From: Promethearchaeota archaeon
GTDB taxonomy: Archaea; Asgardarchaeota; Thorarchaeia; Thorarchaeales; Thorarchaeaceae
Assembly: GCA_027031765.1 (NCBI GenBank)
Contig: JALVPN010000006.1
Location: 3,168-15,461, forward strand
Direction: 5' to 3'
DNA length: 12,294 nucleotides
Part shown: one piece after another, positions 1 through 7,714 of the stretch
Layout of the letters: every line of letters starts with the position of its first letter
Numbering within the stretch: the stretch's first letter is position 1
The notes under the pieces: generated by a model
Seen by the model: only the letters and a program-made list of their open reading frames with translations
Database searches by the model: none
What the model was told of the DNA's origin: nothing
Translations under genes and position numbers: made by a program

Positions 1-221
1 ACAGAACTGTGTGACTGTCCTGCCGCCTCTGGTGTTTCATAGAGCCTAGCCGAGTGCGAGCGGACACAGCCGTGGATGCTTGTTGCTGGAACCTTTGGCA
101 CTCCCGTACCCGGTTCTCGTACAATACTATTGTCCACACGTCCCAGACGGTATCCACCTGTACCTACGTGTACAGGGTCAACCGTCATCAAGACATACTG
201 TCGTTTCTTGAATACCACCAT
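1..221 (-). CDS. cmr4: Type III RAMP Cas7-group protein Cmr4, 5' portion only (gene runs off the left edge)
   Basis: Not in the ORF track; translated by hand from ATG at 221: MVVFKKRQYVLMTVDPVHVGTGGYRLGRVDNSIVREPGTGVPKVPATSIHGCVRSHSARLYETPEAAGQSHS. This has the Cmr4 N-terminal pattern (PVHxGxG, DxxIxRE, PxxPxTSxxG). AGGAGG SD at 229-234 overlaps the cas10 stop. Confidence 0.92.
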   Translation of the reverse strand, partial: MVVFKKRQYVLMTVDPVHVGTGGYRLGRVDNSIVREPGTGVPKVPATSIHGCVRSHSARLYETPEAAGQSHSS

Positions 222-228
222 TGCTATT

Positions 229-234
229 CCTCCT
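229..234 (-). promoter_or_regulatory. Shine-Dalgarno AGGAGG for cmr4
   Basis: Minus strand reads ...ATAGTATAGGAGGAATAGCAATG. A perfect AGGAGG lies 7 nt before the ATG and overlaps the cas10 TAG stop (233-235). Confidence 0.85.
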
Positions 235-3214
235 ATACTATCTTCATGAACAGTTCGAGCGTATCTGTCAGCATGCCACTCACGCCGGCATCGACCAGTT
301 CCTTGCGGACTCCTCCATCCATGTCCCCCCATTTGCAAGGCCACGCAGCGCCTGCTAGCGTATCTCTCACAAACCTACGGAACACACCGTCCTTCAAGGA
401 CTCGTCGTAGCCCTCATACCAGCTTGCACGGGCGGCCTCTATTGTCGAAACGACCTGGTGGCGCTGGGTCTTTGACAGCTTCTTCATCTCACCCCAAATC
501 CTTTCCATCCGGTCAATGTCTTGCAAATAGAATGGTCGGCTCGGCCGTGAGGCACGCTTCCCCTCTCGATCATAGTATATCTCAAAGCGCCGGACAGTCG
601 TGTCCAAGAACTCAAAGTCGAACATTGAAGGCGTGAACCAGACGCGGTCCCCCTTCTTGAGGCCCTCGACGTGTACGAGGACTCTATCAGACTGGGACCA
701 CGGGTTGTCAGACTGGAACTGGTATGTCTGACTGCTAGCGCCCGGAGCATTGTGGAGAAACACATAGGGATACCATATGTCCTTGGTCGTGCCATCCGCC
801 ATCATCGTCGGTACGTTCCACGTGATTCGTTCCCCGTTCCGTTCGAGCACCACCTCAGCCCACTCCGTGTAGTGGCTCTTGCCAGTCGCTGGTACGCCCC
901 CCGGCAGTCCTCTGCTCCCATGCCTCTTGGAGATGTCGTGCACTGTCCACACACGCGCTTCGCTGTGCTGTCTGAGCATCTGCAGTCCTGCGTCAAAGAG
1001 GGCTCTCAGTGGTGTCTTTCGCCCCGCAAAGACTATCCCCAGCTGAAGTGGCAGTCGGTTCTGCACTTTGCCCATTTCGTACTCGTACTTGCTCTTGATG
1101 GCCTTGACCACAGCAAAGGCCTTGTTCCCCGGTACGATGACCATGAAGACTCGTGGCTCCGCCAGTATTGGGATTGCCGGGACAAAGAGGATTCCACGGC
1201 CTATCTCGACAACTCTCTCTACTTCGAATTCTCCCAGCACCCTCTTGCGAGAGCCGTAACCAGCCGGTTCTTCCACCTTCAGTCGTCCAGTAAAGTACTT
1301 TGCCGCGACATACTTGACAGCATCACGGTACGTCTTGATTTTTTCATCGTGTTGTCTCGCCAGATAGAGGAGATTGTCTGCCGTGACAAACGACTCACTT
1401 CTCGCATCCCAGACCACACTGATCCTAGTCCCTGAAGACAGGACGATATTGTATACGTGACCTCTGGCCAGCCCTAGTGAGCAAGGTTCCTTTGGTACTA
1501 TTCTAAGACGCGAACCGCAGCGCGCTACTTCTCTTTCCACGACTGAACCCTCTATGCTCCCAGAGTCCGGACACACCGCCTGCCAGAAGGCACGAGTTGT
1601 CTCCCAGATGCGGTGCAGTCGGGCAAATGAGGGACTCTTAGTTTCTGCATCAGGTTTCTTCTTGTCCTCGCCGGGCGCTCTCGCAAGTAGAGTCGAAACA
1701 AGTGTTCCATCGAGCCAGTGAGCAAGGTCAAATCCCCCAACGACGAGGGCGATTCTTCCGTTGGCGTCCGCCGTCTCATCTACCCACACTGTGCTGGAGA
1801 CCTTCGAGAGCGAGTCCAGCCAGGCCTCAGACCTCTCCGTTCTTCGCTCCTCGCAGGTATCGCAGAGGTCTCGTCCTCGCGACTTCTTGCTCGGGCCTAC
1901 TGGTCGCAGTCCGCAAGAAACACAGATGTTCTCGTGCCTGTCAGTCCAAGATTTGTTGATGCAGGCAATGTCGTTGTTCACATAGACATCGCGCGTCAAG
2001 TGAGAAGCGATTGGTGGTACGTCATATCCAGTCTTGTCGGCCCGACCCCAGTTGCGAGCATCCGATTGGATTTCGGGTACGACTTCACAGAATGCAGGCC
2101 GCGTACTACGAATGCCAGGGGGACTCCGGAACGCCTCATAGATTAAGTCAACCAATGTCTTGCCACTGTCTTGAAGGTTGGTTTCTATCCCCGCGATGTC
2201 AGGGACGACAAATATGCTCCCGTTCTCGTCCCTGTATACCTCTAGGCCAATCGGATACGTTTCTTCAAGAAGGGATCTGACCCTGTCCAGTGCTGCGCCG
2301 AGTAACTCCCTGCGGCTCATCAGGTCAGGGATTGCGGGGGATTTCAAGACGTATTCTAGACCATTTGTCCGGATACTCAGCAGTCGCCATCTAATCTTGT
2401 GTCTCTTCGTCCCAGTAAGAACAGCATATGCCATTTCCGCCTTAAAGAGAGCAGTGACAGTCTTCGACCAGTCCCACAGGCTCACCTCGTTGATGGGGTA
2501 TCTCGTGTCACCAGGAGCTGCCGGCATGTGCTCCTCGAACGCCCGAACATAGGTGGTGCTACGTTTTCCAACGAGAGTGTCCCCAGGCGATGGGAGAGAA
2601 ACAAGAACCTCTCTGAGTTTCATGTCCAAGTTTCCGATGACTGTCCGGGCAATCCCAAAAGGTGAATCGATGGTGTACCACCCCTGTGGCCCGGAAACTG
2701 CTTCTTCCTTTTCCGTATGCGCAAACTTGTGCGCATAGCCCAGTATCGTAGGAATCTGGACCAGGTCGGGAAATATGTCTTTGAATGGCAGGCCCTTTCC
2801 CGGAGCCTTGTCCCGGTGCTGCCAGACCATCGGCCGTCCCCAGAGGATAATCTCCTTCAGTGACCCCTGGCCGACAGGATTCACCGTGACTATGACGTCC
2901 GGAATCCTGCATCCCAGGCGACTAACAGTCTTCCACAATGCGGTCTGACTCACTGCCTCGTCCGAGCGAGAAGGTTGACCTATGTCCTTGCTCAGACGGC
3001 TCCAGTAAGGCAGTCCTGCTAGTTCTTGGGGCCGAAACACGGCCTTGTGTGGGTTACACTGAGGTTGTCCTCCCCTGCAGTTGCGGCACGGAAATCCTCT
3101 GCCCCCGCGTTTCAAGAACGCATCCGCACACTTCCCGATGTCGTGCAGCCAAGCCCCCAGTTCTGCCCAGAGGAGGCTCTCCGCTTCTGCCCTGGTTTTT
3201 CCGAGGTCGTGAAT
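233..3214 (-). CDS. cas10: Cas10 large subunit, type III-C (Csx11-like), ~993 aa; HD domain intact, cyclase Palm degenerate
   Basis: The ORF-track 960-aa frame (TTG at 3115) stays open upstream: IHDLGKTRAEAESLLWAELGAWLHDIGKCAD, with the HD motif at 3140-3145. Csx11-type motifs include DTRYPINEVSLWDWS, RWRLLSIRTNGL, EVYRDENG, Zn finger CVSC..CDTC, ALVVGGFDLAHWLDG, KSPSFARLHRIWETT, PILAEPRVFM (in place of GGDD), KYEYEMGKVQNRLPL and FDFEFLDT. The start at 3214 (ATT) is inferred from SD position and N-terminal pattern. Confidence 0.93.
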   Translation of the reverse strand: MHDLGKTRAEAESLLWAELGAWLHDIGKCADAFLKRGGRGFPCRNCRGGQPQCNPHKAVFRPQELAGLPYWSRLSKDIGQPSRSDEAVSQTALWKTVSRLGCRIPDVIVTVNPVGQGSLKEIILWGRPMVWQHRDKAPGKGLPFKDIFPDLVQIPTILGYAHKFAHTEKEEAVSGPQGWYTIDSPFGIARTVIGNLDMKLREVLVSLPSPGDTLVGKRSTTYVRAFEEHMPAAPGDTRYPINEVSLWDWSKTVTALFKAEMAYAVLTGTKRHKIRWRLLSIRTNGLEYVLKSPAIPDLMSRRELLGAALDRVRSLLEETYPIGLEVYRDENGSIFVVPDIAGIETNLQDSGKTLVDLIYEAFRSPPGIRSTRPAFCEVVPEIQSDARNWGRADKTGYDVPPIASHLTRDVYVNNDIACINKSWTDRHENICVSCGLRPVGPSKKSRGRDLCDTCEERRTERSEAWLDSLSKVSSTVWVDETADANGRIALVVGGFDLAHWLDGTLVSTLLARAPGEDKKKPDAETKSPSFARLHRIWETTRAFWQAVCPDSGSIEGSVVEREVARCGSRLRIVPKEPCSLGLARGHVYNIVLSSGTRISVVWDARSESFVTADNLLYLARQHDEKIKTYRDAVKYVAAKYFTGRLKVEEPAGYGSRKRVLGEFEVERVVEIGRGILFVPAIPILAEPRVFMVIVPGNKAFAVVKAIKSKYEYEMGKVQNRLPLQLGIVFAGRKTPLRALFDAGLQMLRQHSEARVWTVHDISKRHGSRGLPGGVPATGKSHYTEWAEVVLERNGERITWNVPTMMADGTTKDIWYPYVFLHNAPGASSQTYQFQSDNPWSQSDRVLVHVEGLKKGDRVWFTPSMFDFEFLDTTVRRFEIYYDREGKRASRPSRPFYLQDIDRMERIWGEMKKLSKTQRHQVVSTIEAARASWYEGYDESLKDGVFRRFVRDTLAGAAWPCKWGDMDGGVRKELVDAGVSGMLTDTLELFMKIV

Positions 3215-3216
3215 TC

Positions 3217-4233
3217 CTACTCCCCCCTTGTACTGCCTGCTTCTCTTGCGCTTTCTGCAAGCCCGTGCAGGCTACCGTACTGGACTCTCTGCTGCTCCGG
3301 AACCCCTATCTCAAGTATTCCTCTTTCGACTACTTCATCCACAAGGCCGTAGCCGCTACTTGTCTTGGCCCCAATGCCGTATAGAGTCATCATCAGGCGT
3401 ATTCCTTCTGTGACTGCGACCATGTCGTCCCTCGCCATCCGCACTGTTTCATCTGAGCTCAGGTCTGTAGAGGGCCTAGGTACGTACAGCAGCGTGAACA
3501 CCCCCTGTGCACCAACGGGTGCACACTCAAATAGGATTGGTCCACGTACTCCAACAACTCTTTCTCGGTCGTGCGGGTTGATTACCTCCAGGCCCATCTT
3601 GTCGAAATATGTCGGGTAGAAATAGAGTTGGCCTGAACTGAACGTTGTGTCTTCACTGTTGACGTTTCCAAAGAGCCGGCACATCTGCTCGTCTTTGGCC
3701 TCGTCTTCCAGTGAACCGTAGCCCCGTTCCGTACGCATCGCAGAACGAAGCGCGCCTTTCCACTGGCTCGGCGCAATGTAGGGGATCTTGAACACCCACT
3801 CCTTCTTCAGTGGGTTGTCGAGGATGTGAAACACGACATCATCCCTGCTGATGTAGGGCGTACGCAGTCTGAATGCGAACTGAAGGGCCCAGGAGTACGG
3901 CGGCAGTTGAGAGAGATCCGGAACCTTGGGAGTAAGGCCCAGTGCATCCATCTCTCTCAGACCAGTACGAATGAACTCCGATGCACTCTTTTCGACCCAG
4001 TACTTGTAGCCTCCGGGTCTTTTTCGGGTCCCACCTCTTGCTCGGTCTCCAAAGCCAGTGATGGTCGCCTGCACCAAGATATCCATGCGGTTGACTGCAT
4101 CAACAATATCGGCGAGGTCTCTCCACCTGCCAGGCAGTTCGCTGGACTCCTCAGCCAGCCACCTAATCGCACTGCCTTGTGTGACACTATCCTTCAGTGC
4201 GAATGGATAGTGCGCGTGAAATTCGTAGTTCAT
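3217..4233 (-). CDS. cmr6: Type III RAMP Cas7-group protein Cmr6 (III-C type)
   Basis: Motifs FRLRTPYISRDD, DNPLKKEWVFKIPYIAPSQWKGALRSA, RLFG, GQLYFYPTYF, INPHDR, PILFE and G-rich loop YGIGAKTSSGYG. The start is ATG 4233 (or GTG 4236), overlapping the upstream TGA, with GAGGGG SD just upstream. It lies directly before cas10, as in III-C. Confidence 0.88.
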   Translation of the reverse strand: MNYEFHAHYPFALKDSVTQGSAIRWLAEESSELPGRWRDLADIVDAVNRMDILVQATITGFGDRARGGTRKRPGGYKYWVEKSASEFIRTGLREMDALGLTPKVPDLSQLPPYSWALQFAFRLRTPYISRDDVVFHILDNPLKKEWVFKIPYIAPSQWKGALRSAMRTERGYGSLEDEAKDEQMCRLFGNVNSEDTTFSSGQLYFYPTYFDKMGLEVINPHDRERVVGVRGPILFECAPVGAQGVFTLLYVPRPSTDLSSDETVRMARDDMVAVTEGIRLMMTLYGIGAKTSSGYGLVDEVVERGILEIGVPEQQRVQYGSLHGLAESAREAGSTRGE

Positions 4234-6278
4234 CACGGTATCCCCTCACAAAGTGCATTCCAAGCAGCAATGAGCGGTGCAAAGACCTTCCTCAGTTCCT
4301 CCTCTGGTGCTCTCTTGACAATCTCCTCTGCAAAATAGGCGTGCGACTTTCGACGTTGCAGTGCTGTGACATAGGCATAGAGCCACGACTTTGAGTGGGT
4401 CCACGGATATCCCTTTTGTTTCATTAGGTCGGAAAAGCCTATTTCAGCGTTCTCAATGAGATCCTGCGCCAGAGGGGCAATCCTCTCATTCAGAATTCTC
4501 CGGGCAATCTTAGCCTTGACGTGGCTCTGCAGCAACTGGAGCAGATAGCCGTCAAAATCGAGTCCATCAATATCAGGTGTTTTCGCGTTCGACACATGGA
4601 GTACTACGTGGCAATTCTCCGTGAGGTACTCGAATAGGTTGTCGAACTTTACTGTGGGCATGGGAGCGAAATCGATTCCCAGACGATGTCCGATATCTCT
4701 TGCCGCGTCTGAAGGCTTCTTTCGTGTTTCCTGGTCGAAAATGAGCAATGCTCTACCACAAGTGCGGATATCTATACCTGCTATTTGCTGCATCATATTG
4801 TGGAATCCTTCTGTTCCCGGGCCAAAAAAAGGGCCCCAATCCGTTGGCGATGGCGTAGCCTTATGTGATAGCAGCTCGCGTCTGTACAGTATTTTTCCTA
4901 CAGCTCTCTCAGTTGCTCCCTCCGCAAATACATAGATTGCAGCAGCTGCCATCGTGATTTGTTTCCGTCCGGAGATGAATCTCAAGAGCGGCGATTCCAT
5001 CTCATCCTGACCAACCATTCTGGGGTCCCCCACGAGCCTCAGCCAGGACCCAATGCCCCTACCCACAAGGCGTTTGACTTTGAGAACCCCGGATACGAGG
5101 TCCAGAATGTACGTAGTGGCGTTCTCTGCTTTTCTTGCGTCCTCGCTCTCAAGGTAGTTTGCCAGCCAAGCAATGACATCCAAGCTCTGTGTCGAAACAA
5201 AGACTTGAATTGGGCTGTCAGACACTATGTTGACCACTTCCTTCAGTAGCCGGCTGAGGGTGGCCGGATGAGCAAAGAGTTCGGGCTCCTCCCACAAGAG
5301 AATACCCGGGTCTTCTGTACTGGCGCTTGCAGCCAGAGCCCTTAGGCATGCCAGTATCTTGAATGCGTGGCGAAACCCGTCCCCGAACTGGTCGACCTCA
5401 AGTGGAACCTTGTCTGGGAACTCTATGTAGCCAGTCTTTGCCTTGCCATCAGCTGTATCTCTGATTGTCACTTCGGCTTCTTCCACTTCAGGAAACACTG
5501 TTCGGAGGCTTCTTGCGATATCGTCCTCCCATCCTGGGATTGATCTGTACCAGTTGTTTGCGACACTGGACTTGAAATGGGCATTCACGGTATGAAAATC
5601 GGAGAACAGGACATGGCCCACAGTTGGCCCTGAATACTCCTCAACCCAGACAGATAGAAGGTCTGTCGGTTCTTCCCTGTCCCAGCGGTATACCCACTTT
5701 GAGTCCCACAAGAAGTGCCAGCGACTGCGTTCCTCCGGGTCATGGTGCTCTTCAAGACTGCGTTTCTCTGAGCCGTAGTGCTCAGCGATGTAGCGCGGGA
5801 CGAGTTCGGGTGGAACTATCAGGTCGGTGTCCTCTGTTCTGTTTGGCTTTCCAAGAGTAGCCATCATGGCGGACGGTACGTCAGACTCCTTGAACGGGGA
5901 CATCCTTGCAATGTGAAACTTCGGAAGAGCAAGGTCTGCGCGCTCGTCAACAACATTGACTTCAATGCGGTCTTGATTGAGGCTGACGGTTTCCGGCGTG
6001 GTGGGTGTCGCATATCCGTGTCTCTGACCTAGCCGCGCTACCGGGTCGTAGCCCAAGAAGTCCTGAAGAGTCAGCATAGTGGCACCGTATGCGGAGGGGC
6101 TCAAGTCCTCGCTGACGAGCGTGCACTGGGCGCGTGACAGGCCTCCGAGATATAGCATTTCCAGTATCGAGGTCTTGCCACTGTTGTTGGGACCAACGAA
6201 CAGGTTCAGTTTTCCAAAGTCGGACACAGTCCCCTCACGTATACCTCGAAACCTATGGATGATGAGGCCCTTTATCAA
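4233..6278 (-). CDS. ABC-type (AAA_15/AAA_21-like) ATPase fused to a C-terminal TOPRIM-like domain (OLD / DUF3226-like architecture), ~681 aa
   Basis: N-terminus MIKGLIIHRFRGI; Walker A GPNNSGKT (6171-6194); signature-like FGDGFRHAF (5361-5387); Walker B/D-loop ILLWEEPELFAHP (core 5280-5303); switch STQS (5184-5195). C-terminal module YVFAEGATE (4917-4934) plus LIFDQE (~4728-4745) matches the TOPRIM E...DxD/E pattern. The start is TTG 6278 or 6281, after GGAGG at 6288-6292. The ATPase call is strong; the TOPRIM call is moderate. Confidence 0.8.
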   Translation of the reverse strand: MIKGLIIHRFRGIREGTVSDFGKLNLFVGPNNSGKTSILEMLYLGGLSRAQCTLVSEDLSPSAYGATMLTLQDFLGYDPVARLGQRHGYATPTTPETVSLNQDRIEVNVVDERADLALPKFHIARMSPFKESDVPSAMMATLGKPNRTEDTDLIVPPELVPRYIAEHYGSEKRSLEEHHDPEERSRWHFLWDSKWVYRWDREEPTDLLSVWVEEYSGPTVGHVLFSDFHTVNAHFKSSVANNWYRSIPGWEDDIARSLRTVFPEVEEAEVTIRDTADGKAKTGYIEFPDKVPLEVDQFGDGFRHAFKILACLRALAASASTEDPGILLWEEPELFAHPATLSRLLKEVVNIVSDSPIQVFVSTQSLDVIAWLANYLESEDARKAENATTYILDLVSGVLKVKRLVGRGIGSWLRLVGDPRMVGQDEMESPLLRFISGRKQITMAAAAIYVFAEGATERAVGKILYRRELLSHKATPSPTDWGPFFGPGTEGFHNMMQQIAGIDIRTCGRALLIFDQETRKKPSDAARDIGHRLGIDFAPMPTVKFDNLFEYLTENCHVVLHVSNAKTPDIDGLDFDGYLLQLLQSHVKAKIARRILNERIAPLAQDLIENAEIGFSDLMKQKGYPWTHSKSWLYAYVTALQRRKSHAYFAEEIVKRAPEEELRKVFAPLIAAWNALCEGIP

Positions 6279-7381
6279 CAAATGCACCCTCCGAGAACCC
6301 CTTCTAGTTCGTCCACAGTCCAAGGTTGCCATTCCTTCCTATTGGGAAGTACCTCTAGCCTTCCAGGCACTCCGACAACCCTCTCCCACGTCCGTCTGTC
6401 ACACAGGATTCTCCACAGCACCTCAGCCGCCTTCATATCGGCTGGCATCCGCGCCCATCCACGGATTTCCCAGTGGTCCTCGCTACGGAATGCCCAACTC
6501 ACTGCAACTCTGCTGCGAATGCGAGTCGGCTGTACGGAGCCGAATATGTTCTTGTCGTCACCCATCCTCTTGGCATATTGCTCGTAGCGCCATTCATTCT
6601 TCAGCGAAGGTGAAACAGGTACAACCTGGTGCTTGTTTACGAGGGGTTGGATCTCGGTAGCTACTCCCGCCAGTCCGGGAATTGAGGTCCACCAGCCTGG
6701 CTTCTGCGGCTCGAATTGATACGAGAAGAACATGAACTCCGTGATATTTGGTGACTCCGTCGGCCCGTCGCCAATAGGTGCCCATTTGAATGGCTCAATC
6801 CTTCCATCCAAGCCCCTGTCTGCCAGTCGGAAGAGCCCGTATCCCAGCTGGGGTTTCGCGCCCAGACTCCCATATTTCTCTAGGAACAAGAGCAGTGAAA
6901 CTATCCTCGATAGGGATTCTCGCAATCCTCTCAGTCTGATAGTGAACTCCCCCATTCGGCCCGGTGGCAGGTACCATCCTCGTGTTCTCTTCGGCGGGAC
7001 GATGTGTAGCAAATGCCCGGAGTCGTCCCATATTGGGATGGTATCGTCTCTGTGGATTCTCATCGTGAACCGTCTCTTCCAGCCAGTAGCACCGAAGAGC
7101 TGGCACGCATCGCATAGTCCTGTCTGAATGGACTGTTCTCTCTGGGTGGCGGCCTCAGACTCCCCGGGATTCTCCAAGTTCAAGGAGCATTTTGCCTGAC
7201 CCGACTTCCCACTTGGGTCGCAGGCCCTACCTCCCAGCCCGCGAATCAGTACCTCGTACCACCAACGAATCGAACCGATGAGTCCGGTCTCATGAATACG
7301 GTTCATAGTGCCATTGGAGTCTCCAGTCCAGATGGGAGTAGATGCCCGTATCTGGATGTCTAGGTTGCGAAACTCCGCCAT
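6275..7381 (-). CDS. cmr1: Type III RAMP Cas7-group protein Cmr1 (III-C type), ~368 aa
   Basis: Motifs TPIWTG, IHETGLIGSIRWWYEVLIRGLGGRACDP, CDACQLFGATGW and G-rich loop GSLGAKPQLGYG. The start is moved from 7501 to ATG 7381 because RAMP homology begins at MAEFRNLDIQIRASTP. Confidence 0.9.
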   Translation of the reverse strand: MAEFRNLDIQIRASTPIWTGDSNGTMNRIHETGLIGSIRWWYEVLIRGLGGRACDPSGKSGQAKCSLNLENPGESEAATQREQSIQTGLCDACQLFGATGWKRRFTMRIHRDDTIPIWDDSGHLLHIVPPKRTRGWYLPPGRMGEFTIRLRGLRESLSRIVSLLLFLEKYGSLGAKPQLGYGLFRLADRGLDGRIEPFKWAPIGDGPTESPNITEFMFFSYQFEPQKPGWWTSIPGLAGVATEIQPLVNKHQVVPVSPSLKNEWRYEQYAKRMGDDKNIFGSVQPTRIRSRVAVSWAFRSEDHWEIRGWARMPADMKAAEVLWRILCDRRTWERVVGVPGRLEVLPNRKEWQPWTVDELEGVLGGCIC

Positions 7382-7386
7382 GGCGC

Positions 7387-7416
7387 ATTCTAGTGTGGCA
7401 CGCCCTAATATTATTT
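7387..7416 (-). promoter_or_regulatory. Candidate promoter of the cmr operon (possibly a leaderless transcript)
   Basis: Minus strand: GGGGGAAATAATATTAGGGCGTGCCACACTAGAATGCGCC-ATG. An AT-rich palindromic box TAATATTA lies 24 nt before the ATG, preceded by a purine run (archaeal BRE/TATA geometry). TAGAAT lies 5 nt before the ATG (bacterial -10-like). There is no SD before cmr1. Confidence 0.35.
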
Positions 7417-7714
7417 CCCCCAGTCCCGGCGATGTGGGATGGATCACGCCCTCTGCACGGAGTCGAGAGCAGGCCGGGCAGTCGCTACTATTGCCCGCCA
7501 ACCCATCAGGAGCAATTCGATTAGCATTCCTCCCTTGAGAACGTAGCCCGAAGTGGTATCGATTGGTTGTCTAGTCCTCATACTACTATGCCTGATGCCG
7601 TCACCCTTGCTCCCTCTCCTGTTGCCCATCGATGCATAGAGTTTGCACCTTCGTGGCAATGCGGCCAAGTAGAGAGGGCTCGGAGATGTGCAAACTCATG
7701 GTCAACGGGAGTGC

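Noticed and set aside
54-410. 118-aa plus-strand ORF
   Set aside because: Antisense shadow of the cmr4 start and cas10 end; the minus frame is clearly Cmr4.
3054-3260. 68-aa minus ORF bridging cmr6 and cas10, considered as evidence of a frameshifted cas10 start
   Set aside because: The HD motif is in the main cas10 frame, which is open up to the cmr6 stop, so no frameshift is needed.
671-3384. Several plus-strand ORFs (671-1435, 1718-2146, 2178-2552, 2938-3384, etc.)
   Set aside because: They lie antisense to cas10/cmr6, have no recognisable motifs, and are expected in GC-rich coding DNA.
6279-6332. N-terminal extension MATLDCGRTRRGSRRVH of the ATPase-TOPRIM ORF
   Set aside because: It overlaps cmr1 coding sequence. 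The SD and family-typical N-terminus point to TTG at 6278/6281.
7382-7501. 40-aa N-terminal extension of Cmr1
   Set aside because: RAMP homology begins at Met 7381, and the extension covers promoter-like sequence.
7444-7527. Short hydrophobic peptide MLIELLLMGWRAIVATARPALDSVQRA after a GGAGG, considered as a small toxin or CreT-like element paired with the mini-array
   Set aside because: The SD is only 1 nt from the ATG, there is no tandem rare-codon/hairpin signature I can support, and the peptide is only weakly hydrophobic.
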